Source: Oligoflexales bacterium (GTDB taxonomy: Bacteria > Bdellovibrionota_B > Oligoflexia > Oligoflexales > JAPPIL01). From it: a stretch of DNA of 64,000 bases. Under the pieces are notes generated by a model that was not told where the DNA came from, searched no databases, and saw nothing but the letters and a program-made list of their open reading frames with translations. The stretch is from NCBI GenBank assembly GCA_965215515.1, contig OZ244057.1:608001-672000 (forward strand), in the 5' to 3' direction. This document shows, in pieces, positions 19,404-29,900 of this stretch (the stretch's first letter is position 1; each line of letters starts with the position of its first letter). The translations under genes and the position numbers were made by a program.

Positions 19404-20513
19404 CTAATTTTTACCCCAAACTTTGGCGAGACAGATTTCGCTGGAACTCTCGAACTCGATTGTTGTGTAAAACTTTCCCGCCCCCAGTTCTGCAAGGATG
19501 TCGCGTATGCTATGTTTGATCTCCGTCATCTTATCGATGCTGGTATTCTCCTCGACGACGACGTGCGAGCTGAACACGTGCGAAGTGCCGTCGAGCGACC
19601 AAATACGCACATCGTGCATATCGACCACACCTGCGACGCGTTTTTTGACTTCGGTATAGAGGTCGCCCAAATCCACGCCATGAGGAACAGCTTGCAAAAA
19701 GAGTTTGATCGCTCCCCACAGATTAGTGCCTACCACGTGCAAAATGAAGACGATGATACAGACTGATAGGATAGGGTCGAGCAACGGCAGATCGAAGAAC
19801 ATCAACACCACCGCAACCACCAGAATCGATACCCAGCTGAGTATATGGGCGATCATGCGCCAGATGAGCATTTTTTCGTTAGCGGTGCGCCCTTGCTTCA
19901 ACACGAGTGCGGCCGCGACGTTGACGGCGATACCGAGTAAGGCGAGGGCAAACATCCCGCCGCTGTGGGGTGAGTGGTCGTGGCCGTGCTGCTCCCGCTC
20001 GCCACCTGCAAAAATTTCAATACCGATCAGGTCAGGGATAATGTGCAGCAGTATCCAAACACTACCCACGACGATAATTATTCCGCTGAGGACCGCGGAC
20101 AACAACGAGAAGCGACGGTAACCGTAGGAATAGTGGGCGTTGGATCGGCGCAGAGCAATGCGTTCGAGTAGCCAAGCCAAGGCCAGCGTAATGCTATCGC
20201 CGATAGCATGCAGCGCGGCGGAAATGATGGCCGTGCTACCAGCCGCTACCCCGCCGACTAATTCCACTACGGCATAGATAAGCGTCAGTGCAAAAGCGAT
20301 GCCGATATTTTTAAACGCCGAAGCATCGGGCTCAAAACCGTCGAGCGCAGCACGCCGAACACCTCCGTCGTGTGTGTGCTGGGTGTGGTCGCGCTGCGAG
20401 AGTACACTCACGCCCTCTTCTCCGTCGAGGCTATCCGCGGCGAAGCTAGCACAGCACACCGCGACCGTCAATGACACGCCCTGCTCGGCATTAACGATTA
20501 GTATTTTGGGCAA
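19404..20513 (-). CDS. Cation diffusion facilitator (CzcD/ZitB-like) transporter
   Basis: Six TMs, HAIGD, YSYGYRR, His-rich loops, DPILS, HDVRIWSLDG; start uncertain. Confidence 0.85.
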   Translation of the reverse strand: MPKILIVNAEQGVSLTVAVCCASFAADSLDGEEGVSVLSQRDHTQHTHDGGVRRAALDGFEPDASAFKNIGIAFALTLIYAVVELVGGVAAGSTAIISAALHAIGDSITLALAWLLERIALRRSNAHYSYGYRRFSLLSAVLSGIIIVVGSVWILLHIIPDLIGIEIFAGGEREQHGHDHSPHSGGMFALALLGIAVNVAAALVLKQGRTANEKMLIWRMIAHILSWVSILVVAVVLMFFDLPLLDPILSVCIIVFILHVVGTNLWGAIKLFLQAVPHGVDLGDLYTEVKKRVAGVVDMHDVRIWSLDGTSHVFSSHVVVEENTSIDKMTEIKHSIRDILAELGAGKFYTTIEFESSSEICLAKVWGKN

Positions 20514-20525
20514 AAATAACTTAGG

Positions 20526-21323
20526 ATGGCAGACATGTTTTTCCTGCCGTTGCTGTTATTTCTCCTGTTGTTCGTGTTGACAAGCGATTATCAGCGACGT
20601 GACGGGCAAGCGTTGCAAACGTTAATGGGAACGGCCCGTGCTATCGGCGAAGCTGTATTGAGCAACGACTTGGTGCGGCTCAGTGCCCCACCGTCCGACA
20701 GCACCAAAGCTTGCCGTTTCCTGCACGACTTAGCCCACCGCCACCTCTATCGCGGTGAACTGCGGGTCGATGCTCTGCGTCTTGTGCAACAAGCGATCGA
20801 CGCGGCACGCGCACAGCAGCGTGTGCGTGGGCAGCTGCGCTTGTTGTTTATGACCCGCGTCGGCGGGGTGATTGTCTTCAGTATGCTGGGTAATTTTCTG
20901 CTGAGCCACTTGCTTACTGCCACACCACCTTCGTACCTCATGCCCTGTCTGGGGAGTGCGGTGTTGCTAGTGGGGACGGTGATTCTGGAGAAGGGCATGC
21001 CCAGGTCGTGGTTCTGGCAACAGCACGACATCAGCCTGCCTGGACGCAGGTGGGCGGCCGCACTGTTCGATCGCGGTGACCACACCTTCCATCCCACTCT
21101 ACGACAGATGCAGATACGTGAAATCACTCTCGGCATCGACCTCAGTGCAGAAAAAACCGCCTTTCTTACCCACTGGCAACATACGCAACAGGATGCCGAG
21201 AAAACAGCTTTGCGCAAGCGTCAGGATTTTTTCCCTCTCTTCGAACTGTTGATCTTCGCAGCACTCGCCGCCCTGCACCTGTCGCCTGTTCTACACAGCC
21301 TGTTCGCCTTGCTTCACCCCTAG
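20526..21323 (+). CDS. Hypothetical membrane protein
   Basis: 265-aa ORF with about four hydrophobic segments filling the gap between convergent and divergent neighbours. Confidence 0.55.
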   Translation: MADMFFLPLLLFLLLFVLTSDYQRRDGQALQTLMGTARAIGEAVLSNDLVRLSAPPSDSTKACRFLHDLAHRHLYRGELRVDALRLVQQAIDAARAQQRVRGQLRLLFMTRVGGVIVFSMLGNFLLSHLLTATPPSYLMPCLGSAVLLVGTVILEKGMPRSWFWQQHDISLPGRRWAAALFDRGDHTFHPTLRQMQIREITLGIDLSAEKTAFLTHWQHTQQDAEKTALRKRQDFFPLFELLIFAALAALHLSPVLHSLFALLHP

Positions 21324-21357
21324 GGTGTCTGGCGCGCAACCCCACTCGAGCGCAGTC

Positions 21358-23082
21358 TCACATCTTGGCGGGCGGCTCGATGCCGAGCAGTTGCAACCCC
21401 TGCGTTAGCACGTGGGCACAGCAACCGACGAGGGCGAGGCGTGCACCCCGCCGCGCAGGCGGGCTTGCCCGCAGCACCGAGTGTGCGCGGTAGTACCTGC
21501 TGAAAGTTTTTGCCAGTGTGTACAGGTAGGTAGTTAGCACGGAGGGTTTCAACGACGTGGCGGCGAACTGCACCGTATGGTTAAAACGATAGAGCTGGTG
21601 AATTAAACTCTGCTCCTCCTCCTCGCACAGTAAGTGCAAGTCTTCGCAAGACGCCGCGGTGCTGGCTTTAGCTAGAATAGAGTTGATCCGTGCGCAAGCG
21701 TACATGAGATAGAGACCCGTATTGCCGTCGAAACGTAACCAGGCGGGAAGATCGAAAATAATTTCTTTCTGCGGGTCGGATTGCAGCATGCCGTATTTTA
21801 TCGTGCCGAGGGCGAGACGATGCAGGGTTTCGGTGATTAATTCAGCATCCCAGCGGTCGCGATACTTGTCGAGATGCGGGGCAAGCTCGCAGCTCAGCTG
21901 TTCCCGCAGCGCGCTGAAGGGCACAATGTTGCCACGCCGCGACGACATTTTACCCTCTCGCAAACGCACCAAACCATAGCTGAGATGGGTGTTCTTCTCC
22001 TGTCCGCCGAATCCCATCAATGCCAACGTCTTAAACAGTTGCTGAAAGTAATGCGCTTGCTCCGCACCTACCACGTAAAGCGAACGATCGAGCGGGTATT
22101 GTTGAAATTTGCGATAGGCGAGGGCGAGGTCTTTGGTGGCATACAGCGTGTTACCGTCTGACTTCAGCACCATAAAAAAACCTAGCTCCCCTAGCTCAGC
22201 ACCATAAGCACCCTCCGACAAGGTGAATGTGCCGCGGTCGATATACTTTTGCAAAATCGTCTTAGCCTGTGGCGTAACTTCCGACTCGTAGTAGCAGACA
22301 TCAAACTTTATCCCTAGCCATCGATAGATAGCGTCAAAGTCGGCGAGGCAGTATTGTCGTGTCTCCTGCCATAACTGGTAAAACTTGCCTTGCCGTGTCT
22401 CCATCTGCCGTAGGATGTGGGACAACTGTCGTTGCTGTTCCGCATCGTCCTGACGCAGCTGCTGCGTGGCCAGGACATAGTGCCGTCCCAGCCACTCGGC
22501 ACGATGTTGCGGGGGTGCCGCCTCGCGGCTGCGTTCCAGATGCCAAAGACATTTGGCGATGTGTGCTCCCTCATCGCCGACATAGTTGGCGGCGATAACC
22601 CGATGGCCGAGATAACGCAGCATGCGGGCAAGAGCATCGCCGAGACAGACGTTGCGGGTGTGACCGACGTGGAAGATCTTGTGTGTGTTAGGCTGGGAAA
22701 ATTCCACCATGATCGTCTGTACTGCTGCGACTTTCGCCGCGGCAAAGTAATCGCCGCGTAAAATTGGCGGCAAAGTCAGTTCCGCAAAATGCGTCGGGTC
22801 GATAAAAAAATTGAGATAACCGCCCTTCACCTCCGTCCTGTGCAGCCACGCCAACTGTGCAGGCACAACATGACGAGCGATGCTGGCGGCAATCTGCGCA
22901 GGCGCACACCGTAACTGCGCGGCAAAACGAAAACAGGGGAAAGCATAGTGCCCCAGCTTTCTGTTGGGCGGTAAGTCGAGCAGTGCGGCAGTTGCATCAA
23001 CGCTGAGCACCACACCAAGCTGTGCCAACACAGGCTGCAGTGTCTCCGCCAGCGTGAGGCGTAAAGGATCAGACGTTGCCAT
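21358..23082 (-). CDS. argS: Arginine--tRNA ligase
   Basis: VEFSQPNTHK.FHVGH (HIGH), KSDG..LY.TKDLA, KMSSR, GNTGLYLMY..ARI.SIL, LLGI. Confidence 0.95.
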   Translation of the reverse strand: MATSDPLRLTLAETLQPVLAQLGVVLSVDATAALLDLPPNRKLGHYAFPCFRFAAQLRCAPAQIAASIARHVVPAQLAWLHRTEVKGGYLNFFIDPTHFAELTLPPILRGDYFAAAKVAAVQTIMVEFSQPNTHKIFHVGHTRNVCLGDALARMLRYLGHRVIAANYVGDEGAHIAKCLWHLERSREAAPPQHRAEWLGRHYVLATQQLRQDDAEQQRQLSHILRQMETRQGKFYQLWQETRQYCLADFDAIYRWLGIKFDVCYYESEVTPQAKTILQKYIDRGTFTLSEGAYGAELGELGFFMVLKSDGNTLYATKDLALAYRKFQQYPLDRSLYVVGAEQAHYFQQLFKTLALMGFGGQEKNTHLSYGLVRLREGKMSSRRGNIVPFSALREQLSCELAPHLDKYRDRWDAELITETLHRLALGTIKYGMLQSDPQKEIIFDLPAWLRFDGNTGLYLMYACARINSILAKASTAASCEDLHLLCEEEEQSLIHQLYRFNHTVQFAATSLKPSVLTTYLYTLAKTFSRYYRAHSVLRASPPARRGARLALVGCCAHVLTQGLQLLGIEPPAKM

Positions 23083-23224
23083 GCTACAGACTACGGTAGC
23101 AAAGTCGCTGTCTCTTCGCAAGTCAGAGGAATTGGAGGACGCAGCGTTAAATATCTTGCTGATTTTTTTTCAGTAGCTTAACATTATAGATAGTGAAGCT
23201 AATCATTACTGCGGAAGAGTTCAT

Positions 23225-24418
23225 ATGCGTGGTTGTACGTGTAGCTTGTTGGCGGGGCTTGTCCTCGTGGCATGTGGTTTCGCGGAGAGGGCTGACAGGT
23301 CGCTCCTTATCATCGACCCTAGTGCGGGGGAGAAGCTTGCTGATGCCTTCGTCACCGAATGGCAGGTGCAGGCGGGCGAGGAGTTGGTGTTGCCGTTGCC
23401 CGAGGGTTTTGCCTACCGCTTCACGGTCGATTGGGGTGACGGCAGCGAGGGGCAGGTTAGTGCCTACAACGATCCCGCCGCCCGTCATGTCTACGCCGAA
23501 GAAGGCCGCTACGTGGTGGCCATCAGCGGTATGTTGGAGGCCTGGAGTTTTTGGCGTATTTCGGACAGCAGGGATAGTTTGTGGACGGTACGCAATCTCG
23601 GTGATGTCGGCTGGAAAAGCCTCTTCGGAGCTTTTGCCTCTTGCCCCAATTTGACCACCGTCGTCGGTGGTCACGTCGCCGCGGTGACCGACATGGGATC
23701 GATGTTCGACAGTGCCGTGCAAGCGTTACCCGATGGGCGGGATTGGGACACCGCACAGGTCATCGACATGAGCTACATGTTTGCAGGGGCGAGTTCGGCA
23801 CAGCCACTGGTAGGAGAGTGGGACACGGCCGCAGTGCAGGACATGAGTCGCATGTTTGCGAAGACTAGGGAGGTTGACCCCGACGTGAGCAGTTGGGTTA
23901 CCTCGGATGTCATGCGCATGGCTGGGATGTTCTACGAGGCGGCGGCGGCACAACCCGCGACGGGGACTTGGAATACCGTCAGTGTAACCGACATGAGCGA
24001 CATGTTCCACAATGCCCCGCGCGCCAACCCCGATGTCAGCTGTTGGAACACGACGAACGTCACCGACATGAGCAACATGTTCTACGGGGCAGTCAAGGCC
24101 AACCCCGATGTCAGCTGTTGGGATGTGGCACAGGTCATCAGCATGCAGAACATGTTTCACACTGCGGTGTCCGCCATCCCCGACATGTCGAGGTGGGAAA
24201 TCCCCGCGGTGACGACGATGGAAGGCATGTTCCACGGGGTCAGTTTGCCGAGCCAAAACTGGAGCGACCTGCTTATCCGCGCCGCACATACTTCCGCACA
24301 GCAAGGGGTAGTGCTGGATGGAGGTGACTCACGTTGGCATGCCGCGGCCGCGGCGGAACGCGCCGAACTGCTGACACGCGGCTGGCACATCAGCGATCTC
24401 GGTCAGGACACGGGCTGA
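23225..24418 (+). CDS. Surface lipoprotein, PKD-like domain plus DUF285/BspA-type 25-aa repeats
   Basis: Lipobox LVAC; VDWGDG...HVY...G.Y.V.I.G; repeats W(D/N)T..VTDMS.MF..A..ANPDVS. Confidence 0.85.
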   Translation: MRGCTCSLLAGLVLVACGFAERADRSLLIIDPSAGEKLADAFVTEWQVQAGEELVLPLPEGFAYRFTVDWGDGSEGQVSAYNDPAARHVYAEEGRYVVAISGMLEAWSFWRISDSRDSLWTVRNLGDVGWKSLFGAFASCPNLTTVVGGHVAAVTDMGSMFDSAVQALPDGRDWDTAQVIDMSYMFAGASSAQPLVGEWDTAAVQDMSRMFAKTREVDPDVSSWVTSDVMRMAGMFYEAAAAQPATGTWNTVSVTDMSDMFHNAPRANPDVSCWNTTNVTDMSNMFYGAVKANPDVSCWDVAQVISMQNMFHTAVSAIPDMSRWEIPAVTTMEGMFHGVSLPSQNWSDLLIRAAHTSAQQGVVLDGGDSRWHAAAAAERAELLTRGWHISDLGQDTG

Positions 24419-24508
24419 GCGCATCGCGCTTGTCAACGTACGTGATCTGCCTTAACATAGTTAGCAGGGCTACTGGTACTAATACTAAATAAAGTATAGG
24501 GATTCGTT

Positions 24509-25897
24509 ATGCGCATGCTGGTTTTTCTTCTCTCGTTTTTGTTTTTGGTTTTTGGCAGTGCCTGTGGTTTCGACGGCAATGGCAAGCGGGGGGCAGCTCT
24601 TCCTGATGATGGAGATAACGGCGAGGAACAGCTTTCCGATGCCTTCGTTTCCAAATGGCGGGTAAGTGCCGAGGGCGGCATTGTGAATCTCCCTCTGCTG
24701 GGTGGTTTCAACTACGATTTTACCGTCGATTGGGGTGATGGTCAGGTGACCGAGCACGACGGCGCGATGGTTTCTCATGCCTACGAAGAGGCAGGCATCT
24801 ATACAGTGAAAATTACAGGGTTGCTAGAAGCGTGGAGCTTCGCAGCAGAGCCGCGCAGCCGTGACATGTTGTTGAGTGTCGAGGATCTCGGTGATCTCGG
24901 TTGGCGTAGTCTGCAAGGTGCTTTTGCGGGGAGCGAGGAACTTACCGCGGTTAGCGGTGGCAATATGTCCAACGTTTACAGTATGCATGCGATGTTTGAA
25001 GGTGCTGCCGCGGTTATGCCCGATACAGGCGGTTGGGATACGCACCAGGTACGAACCATGACGGCGATGTTCATGGGGGCGATGGCGGCTGACCCCGATG
25101 TGGGTGGCTGGAACACGGAACAGGTAGCCAGCATGCACTCTATGTTTCGTGGGGCGAGGGCCGCCAACCCCGATGTCAGCAATTGGGATACGGGTGCGGT
25201 TACCAACATGAGCTACATGTTCATGAACGCGTTTTCTGCCATGCCTGAGGTCAGCAACTGGAATACCGCCAAAGTGACCGACATGAGCAATATGTTTCGA
25301 GGGGCGATTGCGGCTGACCCCGATGTCAGCAATTGGGACGTGTCCGCGGTGGCAGACATGAGTTACATGTTTGCGGAGGCGGTGTCCGCCAATCCGCCTG
25401 TCAGCAAGTGGCTTACAGGTGCGGTAACCAACATGCGGGGGATGTTTACACGGGCGACGAGTGCGAACCCTGTGGTCAACGGCTGGGATACGAGTGCGGT
25501 GACCGACATGTCGGGGATGTTTCTCGATGCCATTTCCGCCAACCCTAGCCTCGACTGCTGGGATGTCGGCAAAGTAAGCGATATGCGTCACATGTTCAGC
25601 GGTGCGGCCAAGGCCGATGTCAACCTGTCGAAGTGGGATTTCGGTGCGGTGATCTTCATGCACAACTTGTTTCACGGTGTGACCCTATCTACTGACAACT
25701 ACGACGGTCTGTTGACGAGAGTGAATGAGACCTCGTCCCGTACCAACCTCATCCTCGACGCGGGCAACTCCCAGTACAGTGCCGACGGGGCTGTGGCGCA
25801 TCACAGCCTAACCGATAGGGGCTGGCATATCCGCGATGCTGGTATCGCTCCCGACGCGAGCAGCGAAGAAGGAGACGCTGAAGAAGGCGGCGAGTAA
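24509..25897 (+). CDS. Surface lipoprotein, PKD-like domain plus DUF285/BspA-type repeats
   Basis: Lipobox GSAC; VDWGDG; about ten 25-aa repeats; acidic tail. Confidence 0.85.
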   Translation: MRMLVFLLSFLFLVFGSACGFDGNGKRGAALPDDGDNGEEQLSDAFVSKWRVSAEGGIVNLPLLGGFNYDFTVDWGDGQVTEHDGAMVSHAYEEAGIYTVKITGLLEAWSFAAEPRSRDMLLSVEDLGDLGWRSLQGAFAGSEELTAVSGGNMSNVYSMHAMFEGAAAVMPDTGGWDTHQVRTMTAMFMGAMAADPDVGGWNTEQVASMHSMFRGARAANPDVSNWDTGAVTNMSYMFMNAFSAMPEVSNWNTAKVTDMSNMFRGAIAADPDVSNWDVSAVADMSYMFAEAVSANPPVSKWLTGAVTNMRGMFTRATSANPVVNGWDTSAVTDMSGMFLDAISANPSLDCWDVGKVSDMRHMFSGAAKADVNLSKWDFGAVIFMHNLFHGVTLSTDNYDGLLTRVNETSSRTNLILDAGNSQYSADGAVAHHSLTDRGWHIRDAGIAPDASSEEGDAEEGGE

Positions 25898-25907
25898 TCC
25901 GATGAGT

Positions 25908-25932
25908 CCACCCCCTGAACGCGGGGTGGTTT
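25908..25932 (+). terminator. Hairpin CCACCCC/GGGGTGG followed by TTT
   Basis: 7-bp GC stem about 10 nt after the stop; T-tract is short. Confidence 0.4.
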
Positions 25933-25959
25933 AGGCTTGTGCTTGACTGGGAGTTACCG

Positions 25960-26883
25960 ATGAGAAACTTGCTGTTAGGGATGTTATTTTTTGTGACTGC
26001 TGGCACGCTGTGCGCGGCGGCTGACTTTGTTTCCGTCTGGAGGGTGGCGGAGGATGACTTACAGGTGGTGCTACCTGTACCACAAGGATTTGATTACGAT
26101 TTTCAAGTAGATTGGGGTGACGGCGCCAGTGGGCAGGTGACCGCTTGGGATGACGAGGATGCGGCGCATACCTATGCACAGGCAGGTACTTACACGGTTA
26201 CGCTGCGCGGGCGGGTGGAAGCGTGGAGTTTTTGGAAAATACCCCACAGCAAGGATAAGATCATCGCGGTCAACAATCTCGGCAGTGTCGGTTGGCGGAG
26301 TTTTTTCGGAGCCTTTCTAGCCTGTGAGAACCTCAAGGAAGTTGCGGGGGGCGATACGGCACAGGTGACAGACATGCGCTACATGTTTTATCTCGCACCC
26401 CTGGCTGTACCTGACACGACTGGCTGGGACACGAGTGCAGTCACGAACATGGCGGGCATGTTTTGGTTTGCGAAGGCGGCGAACCCCGAGGTCAGCAACT
26501 GGAACACGGCCGCGGTGACGGATATGAGTTTCATGTTTGCCAGCGCACGCGCGGCGAACCCCGAGGTCAGCAACTGGAACACGGCACAGGTGCGAAGCAT
26601 GCGGAGTATGTTTTACCGTGCCGTCGCGGCAACTCCGAACATGGGTACTTGGAATTTTGCGCAGATCGGAGATATGCATCGCATGTTTTGGGGAGTGACA
26701 TTACCGACGGCTATCTACAGCAACATGCTGGTGCAGTTGGCCTCCACCGCGGGGTCGCACAACGTAATTTTGCACGGTGGTTACTCCAAATACAACGCGG
26801 CGGGTGCAACGGCCCGCCAGGAGTTGACCACCAGGGCATGGGTGTTGATCGATGGCGGGCGCGCCCTTGACCCCTCCTCTTGA
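25960..26883 (+). CDS. Secreted PKD-like plus DUF285/BspA-type repeat protein
   Basis: Signal peptide; VDWGDG; about five repeats; same C-cap (LHGGYSKY...W.LIDGG). Confidence 0.85.
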   Translation: MRNLLLGMLFFVTAGTLCAAADFVSVWRVAEDDLQVVLPVPQGFDYDFQVDWGDGASGQVTAWDDEDAAHTYAQAGTYTVTLRGRVEAWSFWKIPHSKDKIIAVNNLGSVGWRSFFGAFLACENLKEVAGGDTAQVTDMRYMFYLAPLAVPDTTGWDTSAVTNMAGMFWFAKAANPEVSNWNTAAVTDMSFMFASARAANPEVSNWNTAQVRSMRSMFYRAVAATPNMGTWNFAQIGDMHRMFWGVTLPTAIYSNMLVQLASTAGSHNVILHGGYSKYNAAGATARQELTTRAWVLIDGGRALDPSS

Positions 26884-26900
26884 TCTCGGTACACGTGGCG

Positions 26901-29900
26901 ATGAACACGAACAGGAAGCTCGTGCTGGGTGTCGCTGCCACGTTCCTCTTTTTTGTCGGCTGTGCGTGGCAGCCGAACGCACGGATACGGACTAGTGCCA
27001 CCGATGCTGCCCTTGTTATCGAGTTTCTCGTGCGCAATTCTGACCCGACCATTCGCTTGCCGTTACCGAAGGGTTTCACTTATGATTTTGTGGTAGATTG
27101 GAATGACGGCACTGAATCTTACATCGATTCTCACGACGATCCCGATACCCTGCATAGATATGAGAGGGTAAAGTCCTACCGTGTCAGCATTACTGGTCAG
27201 GTAGGTTCTTGGAGTTTTTGGAAAGTTCCTCACAGCAAAGATCGCATCGTTGCGGTGGAAGATTTGGGTGATGTCGGCTGGCATAGTCTGGCGGGGGCGT
27301 TTTACGATTGTAATTTGCTGGAGAGCACCGCGGGAGGGGACACCTCGGCTGTCACCGACATGAGCTACATGTATCACCGCTCGCCTTTGGTCGTGCCAGA
27401 TACCAGTGCCTTCGATACCAGCAGTGTCACCACGATGCGGGCGATGTTCGATAGGGCTGCCAGTGCCGATCCCGATGTGCGTGTTTGGGACACGAGCAAG
27501 GTCAGAGACATGTCGGGGATGTTTGCCAAGACAAGCGAAGCTCGTCCTCAAACAGACAGGTGGGACACTTCGAAGGTGGTGTTGATGTCGGACATGTTTC
27601 GTGCCGCGCTGGTTGCCAACCCTACGGTCACGCGCTGGAACACGAGCGACGTGAAAGACATGTCGTCGATGTTTGCGGGGGCGGTGGTTGCCGATCCTCA
27701 CGTAAACGACTGGGATACGGGATCGGTTGTTTCCATGTACGGGATGTTCAAGAATGCCACCTCCGCGCGTCCTGACATGTCACGCTGGGATTTCGCTGAG
27801 GTCAAGTTCATGGATGACATGTTCGCGGGTGTGGTGTTGCCGACCTCTACGTACAGCCAGATGCTGACACGAGCTGCACTTACCGCTCGTCAGCAGGAAG
27901 TGGTATTGCACGCGGGGGAAAAGACCCGCTACCACCCTGAGGTTGTGGATTCTCGCGAACTTCTCGTCGAAACCATGCGGTGGGAAATCACCGACGGTGG
28001 CCTGGACACCTCTGCGCAAGAATTTTCCACCCGTTGGGAGGTACGCGGTAGCGATCTGACCGTTAAGCTCCCGCTGGTGTGTGCCGATGGCCGCGGCGGG
28101 CAGTACGATTACAACTTCAAAGTTAACTGGGGTGATGGAGTTGAGTCACAGGTGGTCAGGTGTGATGACAACCTCCGTACGCATACCTACTCGCAGGAGG
28201 GGGTGTACACGGTTACCATCACGGGGTTGTTGGAAGCGTGGAGTTTCAAGGAAGAACCGCACAGCCGTGCTAAACTCACCGATGTCTGGAATCTGGGGTC
28301 GGTGGGCTGGAAAAGTTTACGCGGTGCGTTTGCAGGGTGTAGCAATCTGAACACGGTGGCGGGGGGAGACACTGCGTTGGTAACGGACATGAGCTATATG
28401 TTCCACGACTCTCCCCAGGTCGATGTCGAGGTCGGCGAGTGGGACACCCGTAGGGTCACCGACATGGGGCACATGTTTAAGGATGCGACGGTGGCGCGTC
28501 CTGAGGTCAGTAACTGGGATGTGTCTTCCGTGCTCAACATGACGCAGATGTTCAAAAACGCGACGCGTGCCGAGCCTGACATGTCGGGGTGGAATTTTGC
28601 TCAAGTCGGAAACATGGATGAGATGTTTGTCGGAGTCAAGTTACCTACTACTAACTACGACAAGATGTTGTTATGTCTTTGTGCAACGTCGCAGCGCAAG
28701 GACACGGAGATCAATCTGCACGGGGGGCAGTCGAAGTATAGTTTGCGTGCCTACAGCGCACACGATTTACCATGCAGTGCTGATTCTATGTGTGTCGATG
28801 CTGACGGGAGTGCCATCACTACGGCTGAGGCGGCGCGAGATCAACTCGACAAGAACGAAAATGGCAATTGGGTTATCGACGACGGGGGGCTGGAGCGCAT
28901 TCCTGCACCGTTTGTGACGCGTTGGTATCTGCCGCGCGGCGGTCAGATCACACTGCCCTTGCTGCGGCGGGCAGGATTGTCTTACGCTCTAGAGGTGGAG
29001 TGGTGTGACGGCACGAGAGAAAGCATCAGCGGCGATGAATGGGATGTGGCTGCTGCCACCCACACCTGCCCTCCTCCCGCGTCGAGCGATCTGGAAGACC
29101 TGCCGACGGTCATCATCAGCGGGGATATCGGTACGGGGCGTTGGAGTTGTCGTGATTTTGCGGTTGAAAACAGATGCGACAAGCTCTATGCCGTCGATGA
29201 TCTCGGTGATCTCGGCTGGAAGAATCTCAGCGGGGCGTTTGCTTTTGCCGAGTCGCTGGTGGTTTTTGCAGGGGGGAACACCTCGCAAGTTACCGATATG
29301 AGTTTTATGTTTTTTAGATCCGAGAGGGTACGACCTGAGGTCTCGAATTTCGACGTGAGCAAGGTTGAAAACATGTGGGGGATGTTTCAGGGTGCGTTGT
29401 CCGCTGACCCTGATGTCAGTATGTGGAATACGTCTAGAGTGAAGGATATGGGTTGGATGTTTGCCCAGACTAGGCTGGCCAACCCTGATGTCAGTGATTG
29501 GCGCACGTCCCTTGTGACTAGCACTCAGCGTATGTTTTCTCAGGCGGAGCTGGCTGATCCTGATCTCAGCAATTGGGACATGCAGCAGGTTACAGACATC
29601 AGTTATATGTTTTACCAGGCGCGTCAGGCGACCCCTGATGTTGCGCAGTGGAACACTGCACGGGTGGAGGATATGGCGGGGGTTTTTCGCCGTGCCGACA
29701 AGGCTGATCCCGATGTCGGCAGCTGGGACACATCACGAGTGACGAATATGCACCATATGTTTGCCGATACCAGAAGCGCGACACCAGATGTTAGTCGTTG
29801 GGATGTCGGTCGTGTTACTAATATGCGTGGCATGTTTAGAAATGCGGTCAGTGCTAGACCAGATGTCAGTGACTGGAATGTTGCTAGTGTTGAGGATATG

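Noticed and set aside
24824..25675. Long antisense ORFs within the repeat genes (also 23726-24304 and 27063-27701)
   Set aside because: Shadow frames produced by repetitive GC-rich coding sequence.
25905..25935. IS200/IS605-type end or MITE
   Set aside because: Single hairpin with no second copy or transposase; a terminator-like role is sufficient.
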